Shown here: piece after piece, positions 13,655 to 25,724 of the stretch
How positions within the stretch are numbered: position 1 is the stretch's first letter
Layout: each line of letters opens with the position of its first letter
Assembly: GCA_910592345.1 (NCBI GenBank)
Contig: CAJVPI010000296.1
Location: 1-36,290 of the forward strand
DNA from: Paraglomus brasilianum
Taxonomy: Eukaryota
DNA length: 36,290 nt
Reading direction: 5' to 3'
Made by a program: the position numbers and the translations under genes
The notes under the pieces: generated by a model
The model's input: only the letters and a program-made list of their open reading frames with translations
Told to the model about the DNA's origin: nothing
Databases searched by the model: none

Positions 13655-16600
13655 TTATAACCCACCCGATGAGTTTTGAAGTGCTCTATGTACCAGTTCC
13701 TCCATGTTTTCTACCATTCTCTCCACGTCCCATAATTCAAATTCTTTATCGCGTTCTTTCAATCGTGCTTGTTGTTGTTCTAAAGCACGTTGTCGTTGTT
13801 GCTGTTCTTTTAATATTCGTTCATTCTCTTTCCGTTCTTGATCCTTCTTCCACTTACTCCAAGCTGGGTAATCTATTAGTGCTTGCATGCAACCCCATTC
13901 CTGTATCTTTTGTTTAAGCCATATAAGCGAGACAGGTTTGGTCAAGAAGTCATTGCACCCTGCTGCGAGCGCATTTTCTTTATCTTGTCGTGATGACGAT
14001 GCTGTCAGGGCAACAATTATAACGGGTGCGCGCATTTCGTAATTTGGAGATGTGGCAGGTGATGAGCACGGAATTGCGTCCAATACGCCTATGTTCTGTA
14101 ACTGTTCTAACCGACGAATCTCTCTTGTGGCCTGTATCCCATCCATTACTGGAAGTTGAATGTCCATCTACGATGAATCAATGATTAAGTTTAGTACCAC
14201 TATTGGACTGAAATAATTTTGCTCGGATAAAAAGTTTTGAATATTTCCCATACGTACCAGGACAATATGAAAATTACCATTTCGCCATTTATCAACAGCT
14301 TCTTGCCCGTTGTTGGCGGTTTCATATCTTATTTTGAGTTTTTTTAAGAATGTTTTTATAATGTTCTGATTGATTGGATTGTCTATTAAACAGTAAATCA
14401 GCTTTAATAACATAGTTACACGGTTATGTTAGTTTATTAATTTACACAGCTGTTAACATACCTTCGACTATCAATACGTTGATAGGAATACTTGCTGGTT
14501 CTCTAGGCTTTGGTAGAGGTTTACTTCGGCTCCCCGTCACACCGTTAGACGGTGATTGCAAGACTGGCGAGTTTAACGGTATAGGGGCAGTCTTTGGTCC
14601 GCTGACTGATTTAGTAGAACCGCCAGTAACAGGCGATGAAGGCTCTGAAAGTGTCATTCCGGATCCCTGCAGGTTTTCTACCCTAAGCGGTGTTTCTTTC
14701 TCCACTCCCTTTACAAACACAGCACCAATCGGCTTAGCATTCTTAGGGATAATTAATACGCCTCCTCCCGGTCCCGTCCTCGGACTTGATGAGCCACTTC
14801 CGGGTGATCTTCCGACTGATGGAGTAGAAGTGGACATGGCTGCAGCACTGCTAGAGAAATATGTGTTGGTAGGCTGTTCTGTGCCATCTTTATTATGTTC
14901 CGCATCGCTAGTGTATCCTGGATGGCCTGGACTCATTGGCGACGTCGCTATAGGCATAAAGGCAGGATCAACTACAACCTTATTGAGGGCTGTATGTAAT
15001 GCGGTGAGAAACCGTCGTGGACCAGCTGGTTTAGGAATTACCAGCACTTGAGGTAACGGATATGATCTAGAATCCGTGGGAGAGAAGACTGTTTGGATCA
15101 TGTCCTTTACCAATTTATAATTCGATAAAGACGTAAAATGTATGATTGCAGTATTGGGTTGTGAAAGGTTTGGAACGTGCATAGGATGTTTAGTTCTTGA
15201 TAGCCGATTATTGTTCATCGCAGGGCCTGTCCTATGGGATTGTGAGTCTTTCTGTGAAGTTAGCCACTGTCTCAGTGCCTCAACATCATCATCAATAATA
15301 ATAAATGTTGGTACTTGTGCATTGCGAGCGCGTATTTCATCGACTTTGTCTCCTTTGACAGTTGAACTTAACGCTATGGTATTAGGCACCGATGACGCTG
15401 ATCTAGAATTTGATCGTGAATCTGACTGCCCTGTTTCTGATCGGGGAGTCTCGAAGTCTTCTTCCCCACCCACAGGATGATGTGAAATGTCAGTTCCCCA
15501 GGTAGTCAAACAGCTAGTTAAATGCTTAGCGAAAGGACTCTTGCTAGTTGCATATAGAGCAACTCTTAGCCCACGTAGACGTTGAGAGAACTTGATTAAC
15601 TCCTCGATAGAAGGTTCACCAGACATGACGGAATATGAATTTCGTTTTCGCGTATCCTCGTCTACTAATGGATAATCGGATGGTGGACCGGCTTCCATCT
15701 CTAAACTGATAGAGTAGCGTTTCTTTCTATCGCAAGTCTCTGTTATCAATGTAGCACCCAGGCTGCTCAACATGTTATTAGCTAACGCGATAGCTGGACT
15801 AGAACTTGATGTCTCAGTGACTGACGGATTAATTGCGTGGCATATTTCAAACGTACAGTTAAACTTATCGTGTGATCTAATAGGCTTATTTTTCACTGGC
15901 AGAAGTTCTCCATAATTTGACGTCTGTACATGAAGACCCAACTCAATAGAGCTTCCGGGCTGTATTTGGTCCATGACACGCTTCAGAATATACATACACG
16001 AGTATCTGAGTGCTGATTCATCGCCAATGACGTTAAGATGGTAAAATGCATAATCGACATGATATATTATTAACTCGACTTGCGCAACTGCTGCGCCGCC
16101 CGCTGTTGCATCGCCTATATTCTGCACCATCTGACCAATATCAAAACAAGTTCTCACATCCGACAAAGGTATACCAGACGGTGTAGCATAGAGCAGCGCA
16201 GATAAACTTTCAATGTGAGTTGATATGTACTCGATAGCCTTGAGTGAGGTATGCACCGCATCAATGGAAGCCGTCGGAACAGGTATCGAACAAGCTGTCA
16301 GCTGCTCATGTGAACCAGAAAGAAAGTTTGATGGTGCTAATTGCTCGATCGTTTCCAGTGCCATCTGAGTGTTTTGGCACAACAGTGTGGATGCAGTGTT
16401 CAAAAAATCGTGTTTTCTTTCTTTAATAAACTCTATTGTGTCAGAAAATGCACGTCGTGCCTTAGCACGTTCATCGCAGAGAAGAGCTTGCCGCCTAAAA
16501 TTCTCTCGAGCATATGCGCTTAGTATTTTATCGAGTACCAGAAAACATGGTGCTGCTATACATGTTCCCAGACCAACAAATTGAAAATAATCCATGACCG

Positions 16601-17087
16601 AGGAGCCATACGGATGAAACTTTTCCATCACTTCTTGATTCTGCAGTATTACATGACCTACACTTGTTACTATTGCTCCCTTTAGGGCTTCATTAATTAC
16701 TGAGGTTAATTGAGCCACATTCCATAACCGCCGTAATGAATATATCCAGAAGGCCACACTGCCAACAGAAAACAGCACCCAGAACAAGCTGTTACGCACT
16801 AAGAAACTACATACGGCGGCATATAGGGAGGCAAGAAGACAAACTACTAATGCTAGCGTGGTGGCCTTCATGAGCACTTCGACTACATCCCCGACTAGTA
16901 AATCGAGAGCAGGTATTGTAGGGATGCTTTCATACTCCTCCTTTATTGCTGACAAATGAGAGCGGTCTTTCAAGTTTATGTTCTCCTTAACGGAATTACT
17001 CATTACAGTTGTGCTTTTAAAAGACGACTCGTACAAATGCACTTGCTGAAAGTATAACTGGAATATGGATCGGGTTTCGGCATTCAT
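13655..17087 (-). CDS. SSK1: Ssk1/Mcs4-type two-component response regulator with hydrophobic N-terminus; 3 exons (start 17087 or 17003)
   Basis: Exons 17087-14462, 14382-14258 and 14167-13655. Receiver domain INVLIVEDNPINQ...[15 protein letters not shown]...[11 protein letters not shown]...[30 protein letters not shown]. Ssk1-typical motifs [18 protein letters not shown] and [11 protein letters not shown]. Confidence 0.93.
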
Positions 17088-17352
17088 ACGTTTATATACT
17101 TTCCATAACGCATGTGCTTCGAATTCTAGAACAAATCGTATTTAAGTTAAAAACAGCACGAGGTTTTATGCGTGGGGCGGTGTGACAATGCTCCAGTTAA
17201 AGGCAAGCTCAGGTTACACGGTACAACAACGACTAACCTTCGCTATACTAACGCTCTTCCCATAATACCAATCTTCTCTTGAATATAAAAAATAGTTTAT
17301 TAGATCACAGGAAAAGATTTCCTGGCACAAGTTTTATTATATTGTAAAACCA
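17088..17352. promoter_or_regulatory. Putative bidirectional promoter between the SSK1-like and chromodomain genes
   Basis: Divergent starts are about 265-350 bp apart. Confidence 0.55.
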
Positions 17353-20300
17353 ATGCCACGAAAGATAAAAAAGATGTCTCAATATAATGTTGTACCAGTC
17401 GTTTCCGAAGAGGAGTATGAGGTTGAATGCGTGCGAGATAGTCGCATAATAGACGGTGTGGAACAGTTTCTGATCAAATGGGCTGGTATAGAATAGTGTT
17501 TCTTTTGTGTTGCAGTCCTTTTATACCCCAAAAATTTCGCGTTTATTTATAAAAACATTTGAATAAACTTTGTGTGAGTAGGTTATGATGAAAGTAGTTG
17601 TACTTGGGAGCCACGCTCTAATCTCAACTGTGAGCAAAAACTACAAGATTATTTTGATCGAAAGAATAAAACGTTCGGACAGCATCAAGAAGCCGCAAAA
17701 GATTCTAAAAAAACTGTAGAAGCTGGACAAAAGCAAAAGGATTTAGAAGCACAAGGACTAACTAACCAAACTGGCAATACTGGTCATACTTCGCAAGAGC
17801 ACTATCGAAAATTAACTGCGAATCAGAAAAACAAGCAAAGTCAATCTACACAGTCGAACTCTGTAAATCAAACGAAAGTAAAAGACGCTCCGACCATTAC
17901 ACACGCAGTAAAACCACAGAGACCACCCGTAAAACCTAGTGAACACCTGTTAGCAAATCAAAAAAAAAACGAAAGCACAAAACAAATCCAAAATACTGCC
18001 AAAACTATATCTGACAAACCGCCAAAGACGTCAAATATTTTACACAATTCATCGGTATTAATGAAAGACGAGTTTGAAACCGGGATGCGAGGACTGAATC
18101 GATTGCAGGGACTAAACAAACAGTCCGGACGAGTCGTTAAGTCTGCCCATGCAAAGAAACGGTCCAAAGACGATATTGGATCACAGAACTCGTATGTTGG
18201 TCCAATACATACTAAGAGTTCAATGTCTTTACCTCAAACACCGTATGCACGACCTGATGCTTCAAAGAAAGACGTACAGCCTCCCTCGTGGATGTCGTCT
18301 TCGGCATCAGCTGTATCTTTTGGGTCCGCAACATCGTTACCCTCGCCAACGGATACTTCACCGTCGTCCATAACATCAGACAGGGACAAAGTGGAGAAAC
18401 TAATGGCAATAAAGCCAAAAAAAAAGAAACCAGATCAGTTGACTTCTGAGCCAATGATTCCTCGGAGTTTGACACCAACTGCTCCAAAAGAATGGAAAGG
18501 TTTATTATACAAAACCAAGAATGACAAGCTGGTGGGGACCATATCAATAAAACCGCTAAGCGAGCGATGTGACGAAATATTGATGTAAGTAAGATGGAGG
18601 TGTTGTCTGTTTGAGGCTGATGGTATGACGATTAAAAGACTTTGTGCTCTATATCCAGGCATGAACTCAGAGATGAAGAGAAGCTTACCCTCGACAATAT
18701 AGTGGTTCAGAGCTTTGTATTTCACTTGTATAAACAATTTCCACAGGCTTTGTATACGATGCACTCATCACTTCCTCAATACCAACTAGAGCAAACAGTA
18801 TTACCATTAAAATTCAGCGAGATGGTAAGTTGTCGGGAGCTTATCATTTATTCCAGTTTAAAAGAAGCCATGTTAAGATCTTGATTTATTTGAATAGGTT
18901 GGTGTTATTTGGTTGCCTCGTGTTGCTCCGCAGAATGTACTATTTGCGATTCCAACATCAACCCGAGCCTGTGAGGTTCTCCGTGTTGCCCGACCAAATG
19001 AACTTTTCATTCTTTTTCGTTTCTCCTTGGTACATGCTCCTCCCCGGCCACAAATATCAGCATTCCAATCAAAAGCTGGTTATTCTCTTGTGCCTCCGGA
19101 GGAACTTAAAGATCCCGACAGATTTGATGCCGAGTTGACAGCACAACTACTAGGAAGTATCCCATCAGAATTTGTGGCAGCACTATTCAATAAGGTCTTT
19201 ACAATAATAGCGCCGGATGAATGTCATTACGAAGTACGAGACATGCAGCTATTTCTGCGCACAATGCGTGGCACGTATAAGCAAGTTAAGGAAACTGATT
19301 TGTTTGACGTGGACGTTATATTTGTAAGTCTCTGGCAATACCTTTTGCAAGTATCAATGTATTTACGTCTGTTTGATAGGTTTTTAATCCAAATTCTGCA
19401 GATACATCGTGCTATGATGAAGAATTGCGACACTTTACCTGACATTACTGCAGTGAAGAGAAGGAAGAATGTGAAGTTCTTTTTGTTTGCCCATTTTCTT
19501 GCAGATGGGCCAAATCCTGGGCTTCCTCGTGAAATATATACATCAGGTTACTATTTATCTGACGTTTAAGATGTATGTCAACCAACAGCTTATAAAAATC
19601 AATTCACATGACAGGTGGACTGGTAACTATAACGTCTCAAGCTCTTTTTGATGACAATGTTGATGTTATTAGCAAACTTGTAGAGTTCAGTAGAGCAGTA
19701 AGTATATATATATTCACTTTGGCATATATACCTATAGCACTTTGGAGCAAGATACAATCACGTTTTCTAATTTTTAGCAAAAGCTTTCACGCCCATCAGT
19801 GGTGTGGAAGATAAGTATACATAAAGATACCATTAATTACTTGGCTAATGTTAAGGATGATCCTTTACATTCAGAACAAAACAGGTTAGTTGAATTATTG
19901 ACAAAGCTCTTATAACTAACTGTTTGCATTAATCTTTCACTCTTTTTTTTTTTTTGAAAAAATTTTTTAGGGCGCAAGATGTAATGCAGGCAATCAGTTT
20001 GAAATTGACAAATCAACAAATTGATGTAATAGAAACTGTCTGCCCACAAAAGGTACATAATCTGAACAACAATTTATTTTCATAATAAAAATCTAACCAT
20101 GTAATTGCATTATTTAGGTTGATGATTTGACTGTTGATGAAGTATTATATTTGTGTATGCAGCAATTGCATCTCAGCTATTACAGTGAATACAGATATTT
20201 TATTGTGATTGATGTTAAAAAAGATATAAAATTACGTATTCCAGGGGTTTGTATCCTTTTGTGTATATTATTTGTTCTATTATTGTAAGATCTGTATCTA

Positions 20301-20495
20301 AGCTTTATATGTGTGTGCAATATCTGCAAGCATATTTTATAACTTCCATATGGAAGAAGATGGAATCTGGTTCAGAAATTCATATATTATAGGAGCAGTT
20401 CTTCTTTACTAATCATAGTAAATTTTGGATTAATTTTGTAGGTGGAACCTCTAACTTACCAGGAGTTCAGACATAGGTTTATTTTGGACAATTAG
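17353..20495 (+). CDS. Chromodomain protein with long low-complexity linker and Chp1-like C-terminal region; about 10 exons
   Basis: Exons 17353-17485, 17582-18584, 18659-18823, 18898-19323, 19402-19546, 19615-19698 ... 20442-20495. Chromodomain EEEYEVECVRDSRIIDGVEQFLIKWAGYDESSCTWEPRSNL. C-terminal motifs EIYTSGGLVTIT, WKISIH and EYRYFIVI recall fungal Chp1-like proteins (from memory, not searched). Confidence 0.88.
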
Positions 20496-21179
20496 TCAAC
20501 AAAAAATCTATTGATCAGTTAAGATTCAGTTCATAATTGCAGAGATTAACAAATGGTGTAACTTGCTTCAAATGCAAATGCAACATTGCTCTATACTTCA
20601 ATGATTCTACATAATTTAATTTTGATAGTACTAATGTTGCAATAAGTCATTCCATTTGAATGTGATAATTATTATTGAATGAGACTGAGAAACACTGTTT
20701 GACAAAAATCACATGATATTTTATTCATTGTGCTTTTTGTAAATAATTAATATATATATAAGATATGCAAAAAATCAGACAAAAGAACACAATACTAAAT
20801 ACTACAAGGATTTTTTAAGTTCAAACTGCTGGAATTCACTTTTTTTGTCATATTTTTATTTTTGTCATGTCAATTAATAATTAATTACTACTTATACTGC
20901 TACTACTTCCTACTTTAATTTAAAGCACAGAAAGAGGAAGCCAACATCAAGTGGGCATGCTGCAACAAAACCAGAAAAAGTGAACATTTGACTATGTGAG
21001 CTAAAAATGACTGATGGAGTTGCATACACTACAATATATATAATTGGTTGAATGAGATGGACTTTATCACTTTCATATAACTTTCCACACATTGTAATAC
21101 ACCTTATCTTGCGCCAACAAAATCTCGTCGACACAAAAAAACTCCCGATGGTTACACAATTTTCCAAGCTGGTAGTGGT

Positions 21180-21732
21180 CTGAAACTTTTTCAGCTCTGC
21201 AACCGCTGCAACCGCTGCTGGCTCTGACTGTGGACAAAGCTAACACCCAACTTAGGACAGATCCAACTCCACTACCAGAACACGAAGCTTCCGAGGATTA
21301 TAAACACTGTTTGTAATGAGAAAAACTGGCATTGATCGAGCCATTGCAGCATTAAAGGGCTTACTTGTTGCTTTTCCTGGATTAGCTAAATTTGCTATTC
21401 TAATTGCTGTTGTCATTGCAGTCTCAAACACACTATGTAATGGTATTGAAGAGGTTCGAAACAGGATAACTAGGTGGAGCGACCTGGACTGGAAAAATAG
21501 GAATCAACATTTACTAATGCTCGGGCACATATGCAACCTCTTAACAGACCCACCAGAACATTTGACGACTATCTACAAGAATCTATACAAGAATCTATAC
21601 AAAACCTTTGAGAGAGAAAGCGCACAACTGGGCCGCGCCCGCAGAATCGAACAGAAATTGGCTTCACTGAGAAAAGCACGAGCAGAAATACCAGCTCCAG
21701 CCTTCTTTTCATCGATATTGAAACATGACTAA
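21180..21732 (+). pseudogene. Rearranged, chimeric paralog of the 22627-23400 ORF
   Basis: About 21435-21635 is near-identical to 22858-23050 (CIEEVRNRI.TRWSDLDWKNRNQHLLMLGHICNLLTDPPEHLTTIY) with an extra KNLY duplication. About 21200-21253 matches 22730-22806 with a deletion. The intervening and downstream sequence is unrelated. Confidence 0.75.
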
Positions 21733-21884
21733 GGACCGTTTCGATCGTAACTACACTATCTGGAAGTAACAAAGAGACATTGTAACAGGTTTTTAATCGA
21801 GTCGTTGATATAATATCTGGCATTCGACGGAAAGATCGCGCGTGTTTGTTTGGGACTTGCGTTTTTTGTGGCCGTACTTAGAAA

Positions 21885-22170
21885 CCTATAGAATATGTCG
21901 TAGATAATAGTATCATATAGAATATCATATTACATTACAAATAGGCAAGTTATTATGACTAGATGCTAACCCCCTGCATAGACTAGATAATACCTCCCGC
22001 AAAAGAGGAGGGGTACCTATACATCCTGTAGAATATGTGTCCGTAGATAATCGTATTCTATATATATTTCTGATAAGCATCCTATAGAATATGGCGCCCT
22101 GTAGGTAACAGTATCCTATAGACTATAAATGGCTGGTCCTGTAGAAATCGGATTCTAATTCTACAGGATG
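21885..22170. repeat. Degenerate tandem repeat (CCT[A/G]TAGAATATG...TAGATAAT.GTAT) ending in a 10-bp-stem hairpin
   Basis: Units at about 21885, 22025 and 22081. TCCTGTAGAA...TTCTACAGGA inverted pair at 22137-22168. Confidence 0.6.
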
Positions 22171-22626
22171 TTTCTCATCTACTCGTACACGTTTATGAGC
22201 CAGGCAATTCTAACCAGTACGAATTATATGGTATGTATAATCAGCGTTGATGCTCCAGTGGCATGCATGCAGTACATTCCGTGTAACGGCTCCAAAAGGC
22301 ATTACAGCATGCAGTATTACATTCCTCAGGCTCCCACTTGTATATTTATTATAGTTACTTCTTCCAATTTAATAAAAAAATAGTTCCCTCCTCTCTTTCA
22401 GCGTTCTCTATGGACACCATCCTTGACAATATCGGAAGCTTAGTATTAGTACCAGCCATTGAATTGGCTGCTTCAGGATTGATTAGTGGCTTGGATTTTT
22501 TTTTTTTTGCACGCCTGAGGGATGTGGATGTGGTACTGCATAGTTAGTGTCAGCCCACTGCATTAGTCATGTGACTTTCCCCTTATTATTGAACGATGAT
22601 AACGATAATAAACTCAGCTTATCGAC

Positions 22627-23400
22627 ATGAACGTAAGTCAACTCTTAAACGATGATAAAACTCATGATGAACTGATAGAACTAGAACTAGGTGAAACCGA
22701 CGCTACTTGTTGGGAACAAACTTTGCAAACGCTGCAACCGCTGCTGGCGACACTGAACCCCACGAATTCCAACTCTGACTGTTGGACAAACTTAATTACC
22801 CAACTTGAAAGACTGAACACCGAGAACGAACAAAAAACTTTTTTATTGCAATCAATATGCAATTGTATTGAGGAGGTTCGAAACAGGATATTAACTAGGT
22901 GGAGCGACCTGGACTGGAAAAATAGGAATCAACATTTATTAATGCTCGGACACATATGCAACCTCTTAACAGACCCACCAGAACATTTGACGACTATCTA
23001 CAGGAATCTATACAAAACCTTTGAGAGAGAAAGCGCACAACTTTTATGTGGGCCGCTCGCCGGTATGAAAAATAATTTTCTGAAAAATAATTTTCAACGC
23101 CTCGATATCGAAAAGTTATATGTAGAGATTAAGCCTCGTAACATGGAAATTGCGTCAGTGCGAAAAATCTACACAGCTGCCCAGCGCGCACTTATGGTAG
23201 CAAACATTATGACTTATGACAGGTTTGAACGAAATAAGTTACATCTAGACAGACTTAAAAATTTCAGTAGGGGGACTTGGGAGCGTTTTATTTATTTTTT
23301 TGCTAAAGTTAGAGTTGAAAATAACACGAATGTAGTTTGTGTTACAAAGCGCTGGACATATGACTTAACGACATTTGAGGCTAAGATAATAAATAAATAA
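22627..23400 (+). CDS. Hypothetical intronless protein, 257 aa, predicted helical, family not recognised
   Basis: Long uninterrupted ATG-initiated ORF in AT-rich DNA, with a paralogous fragment at 21.2-21.6 kb. Confidence 0.7.
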   Translation: MNVSQLLNDDKTHDELIELELGETDATCWEQTLQTLQPLLATLNPTNSNSDCWTNLITQLERLNTENEQKTFLLQSICNCIEEVRNRILTRWSDLDWKNRNQHLLMLGHICNLLTDPPEHLTTIYRNLYKTFERESAQLLCGPLAGMKNNFLKNNFQRLDIEKLYVEIKPRNMEIASVRKIYTAAQRALMVANIMTYDRFERNKLHLDRLKNFSRGTWERFIYFFAKVRVENNTNVVCVTKRWTYDLTTFEAKIINK

Positions 23401-23450
23401 TTTGTTGTATTTGAACTCCATATCGTATGTTACGTTGCGTCGCGTCGACA

Positions 23451-23535
23451 TCATCAAGAAATTTGACTATTCCAGAGTTGGATGCTATTCCGAGTTCTGT
23501 TATACAAGAAATAATTAAAAAGAAGCAAGTAGATA
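23451..23535 (-). pseudogene. Fragment copied from, or paralogous to, the F-box gene
   Basis: TCATCAAGAA.TTTGAC.ATTCCAGAGTTGGATGCTATTCCGAGTTC.GTTATACAAGAAATAA matches 29212-29307 with a deletion of about 12 bp. Confidence 0.8.
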
Positions 23536-23824
23536 GTTTACGCTAGAGATGGGTTTCATTTATTGACGTCAGCGATGTCTGCCACACAGAAAGATACTTA
23601 AAAAAGTATCAACAAAATGCCATGTATAAGAAACGTCATCGAATTCCATTGTTAAATCACAAGAACGACATACTAATTACGTAGAATATACTAGTGTTCA
23701 ATAATAGTCGTGTAATTTCAATATAAAAAAAACCTTATGACAAAGACATCAATATCTAATCCACGTCATCGTTTCAATTTGTTGACATAGTAGCGATTTT
23801 TCTTTCGATATCGTCAATAACTGA

Positions 23825-24274
23825 TTTGTTGGCCTATAAATAAAAATTGCGTGAGACAAAGCTCAACAAGTGACTAAGGCAAAGCCCTGAACGCATTCGG
23901 GCCAAAAAGTCCAACTATTCATTGAGCTCACAGTAGCCAGACGCATCAGGCCGAATGTTTGAACGCAACAAACTCGAAAGCGAACCCAACAAATTAAGAC
24001 TCCCAACACATCAACATCCGAATCCACTTGCCTTATAACTTCGGTTTTTTTCGATATCATTTTTGTTGGCCTATAAATAACAATTGCGTGAGACAAAGCT
24101 CAACAAGTGACTAAGGCATTTGAGTGCAAAGCCTGAACGCATTCGGGCCAAAAAGTCCAACTAATTGAGCTCACAGCAGCCAGACGCATCAGGCCGATGT
24201 TTGAACGCAACAAACTTGAAAGCGAACCCAACATTAAGACTCCCAACACATCAAGACCCGAATCACTTGCCTTA
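23825..24274. repeat. Tandem duplication of a ~210-240 bp unit
   Basis: 23825-24034 and 24062-24274 align almost end to end (TTTGTTGGCCTATAAATAA.AATTGCGTGAGACAAAGCTCAACAAGTGACTAAGGC...CACTTGCCTTA). Confidence 0.92.
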
Positions 24275-25551
24275 AAAGAAGCTAGAATCAAATACGGTTC
24301 TCAATCTAATATATATAGTGTGTGTTAGTTATGACCCCAGATACGTATAACATTTAATGTAATAAGTGACTTACGGTTGAAAAGGAAATGTGTAATATAC
24401 ATCTGTAAATAGTCACGTGTTAATATAGACATCGTTTATACGTCTTATAACATAACAACAACAACGTACTTACAACTTTGTCGAAACTTATCTAAGGAGA
24501 AGAATGTAATTATATCACCGTCAGCCAACGTCAAATTGGCATTGGTTGGGAGCGTTACTGCTGTCGAAGTTCTTGCTGAAATTTCTGAAGTTCTTGCTGC
24601 GCTACTTATTACTTCAACTTTCGCATCCCCACTTATGCGCTCGATGTTGCATCTCTGTATAAATAACTTATTAGTCTCGGGTCTCTCATTTTCGATATAC
24701 AAATTAATTCAAATTTCAAGACCTTTTCCGCCTTATGAAACTTAAATTTTGTCTCAAACATCTCGATCAAAGTGACGTCATCTTTTAGCAAAATACTCAA
24801 TTCATCAGCCGTTCTTGAAGCCAGTTTAGCCCACGGTTGTACCTAAGTTGTAGTTATAAATTAACCTTTATCTATTATATTATAATTATTACAGCTACTA
24901 CCTGTGTTTGCCGCCGCTGTAACTGTGTTTGTTCTTGCGGCTGTATCAGTGCTTGCTGATGAAGTTGTTCTTGCCGCTGTTCCTGTGCTTGCTCCAATTG
25001 CTGTAACCGCTGTTGAAATTGTTCTTGCTGCTGTCGAAGTTCTTCAAATTTCTGTTCTTGCTGTCGAAGTTCTTGCTGAAATTCCTGTCGAAGTTCTTGC
25101 TGAAATTCCTGCTGTTGTTCTTTTTGCTGCTGTCGAAGTTCTTGCTGAAATTTCTGAAATTCCTGCTGTTGAAGTTCTTTTTGCTGCTGTTCATGTTTTT
25201 GTGCCCAAAACTTGTTTATATCTTTCCAATCGAATATATTTTTTGTCTTTTTGTTTAGTGATGTTAAATAATAGTAAGTTAAATATGTAAGTACAAAAAT
25301 AAGACGACAATAAAAATTGTACTTGCTTTCAAAATAGCTAGCGCTTTACGTTTTTGCGAACGAGTCTTGCCATTGCGGCTGATAATATAAAGACAAGCTA
25401 CCCATTGCCGATGGGATTTAACTTTTGGGGTCAAAGAATTATTTATGTCAAGATATTCTAAAAAATTGGAGCATTTCCATTTAGTAAAGTTTGTAAAATA
25501 TTTTGTTTCAATTTCGTTCAGACTTTGCTCGGGTTTTCTGGATTTCGTCAT
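24272..25551 (-). CDS. Hypothetical protein, about 310 aa: N-terminal domain, Gln/Glu-rich coiled coil and degenerate FHA-like domain; 6 exons
   Basis: Exons 25551-25327 (GC donor), 25246-24902, 24842-24723, 24654-24474, 24402-24375 and 24305-24272 join in frame (933 nt). Exon 2 reads EQQQKELQQQEFQKFQQELRQ... The segment PWAKLAS...ILLKDDVTLI...RCNI...LTLADGDIITF has FHA-like strand spacing. Confidence 0.6.
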
Positions 25552-25724
25552 AATAGTAAGTTTTAGTTTTGTTTCGGAAGAACAGGTTACGAGACTATTT
25601 ATTAATATTGGGAGGCTAACTTTATTATGCAGTTAATCAAAAACATATTTAACTGGAATGTTTCAAGAGCTTTGAAGCAGTTACACCGCATCGATTCTCA
25701 ATTGCCGAAGAACCCCTAATGGAA

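Noticed and set aside
13669..16523. Plus-strand ORFs (82, 190, 112 and 60 aa)
   Set aside because: Antisense shadows of the SSK1-like coding exons.
17353..17660. Chromodomain as part of a chromovirus integrase
   Set aside because: It is N-terminal, interrupted by an intron and spliced into a cellular gene. No RT, integrase or LTRs are nearby.
24536..25290. Val/Ala-rich, Leu/Phe/Lys-rich and Asn/Ser-rich ORFs
   Set aside because: Alternative-frame or antisense readings of the Gln-rich repeat. The Q/E frame has splice sites and in-frame neighbouring exons.
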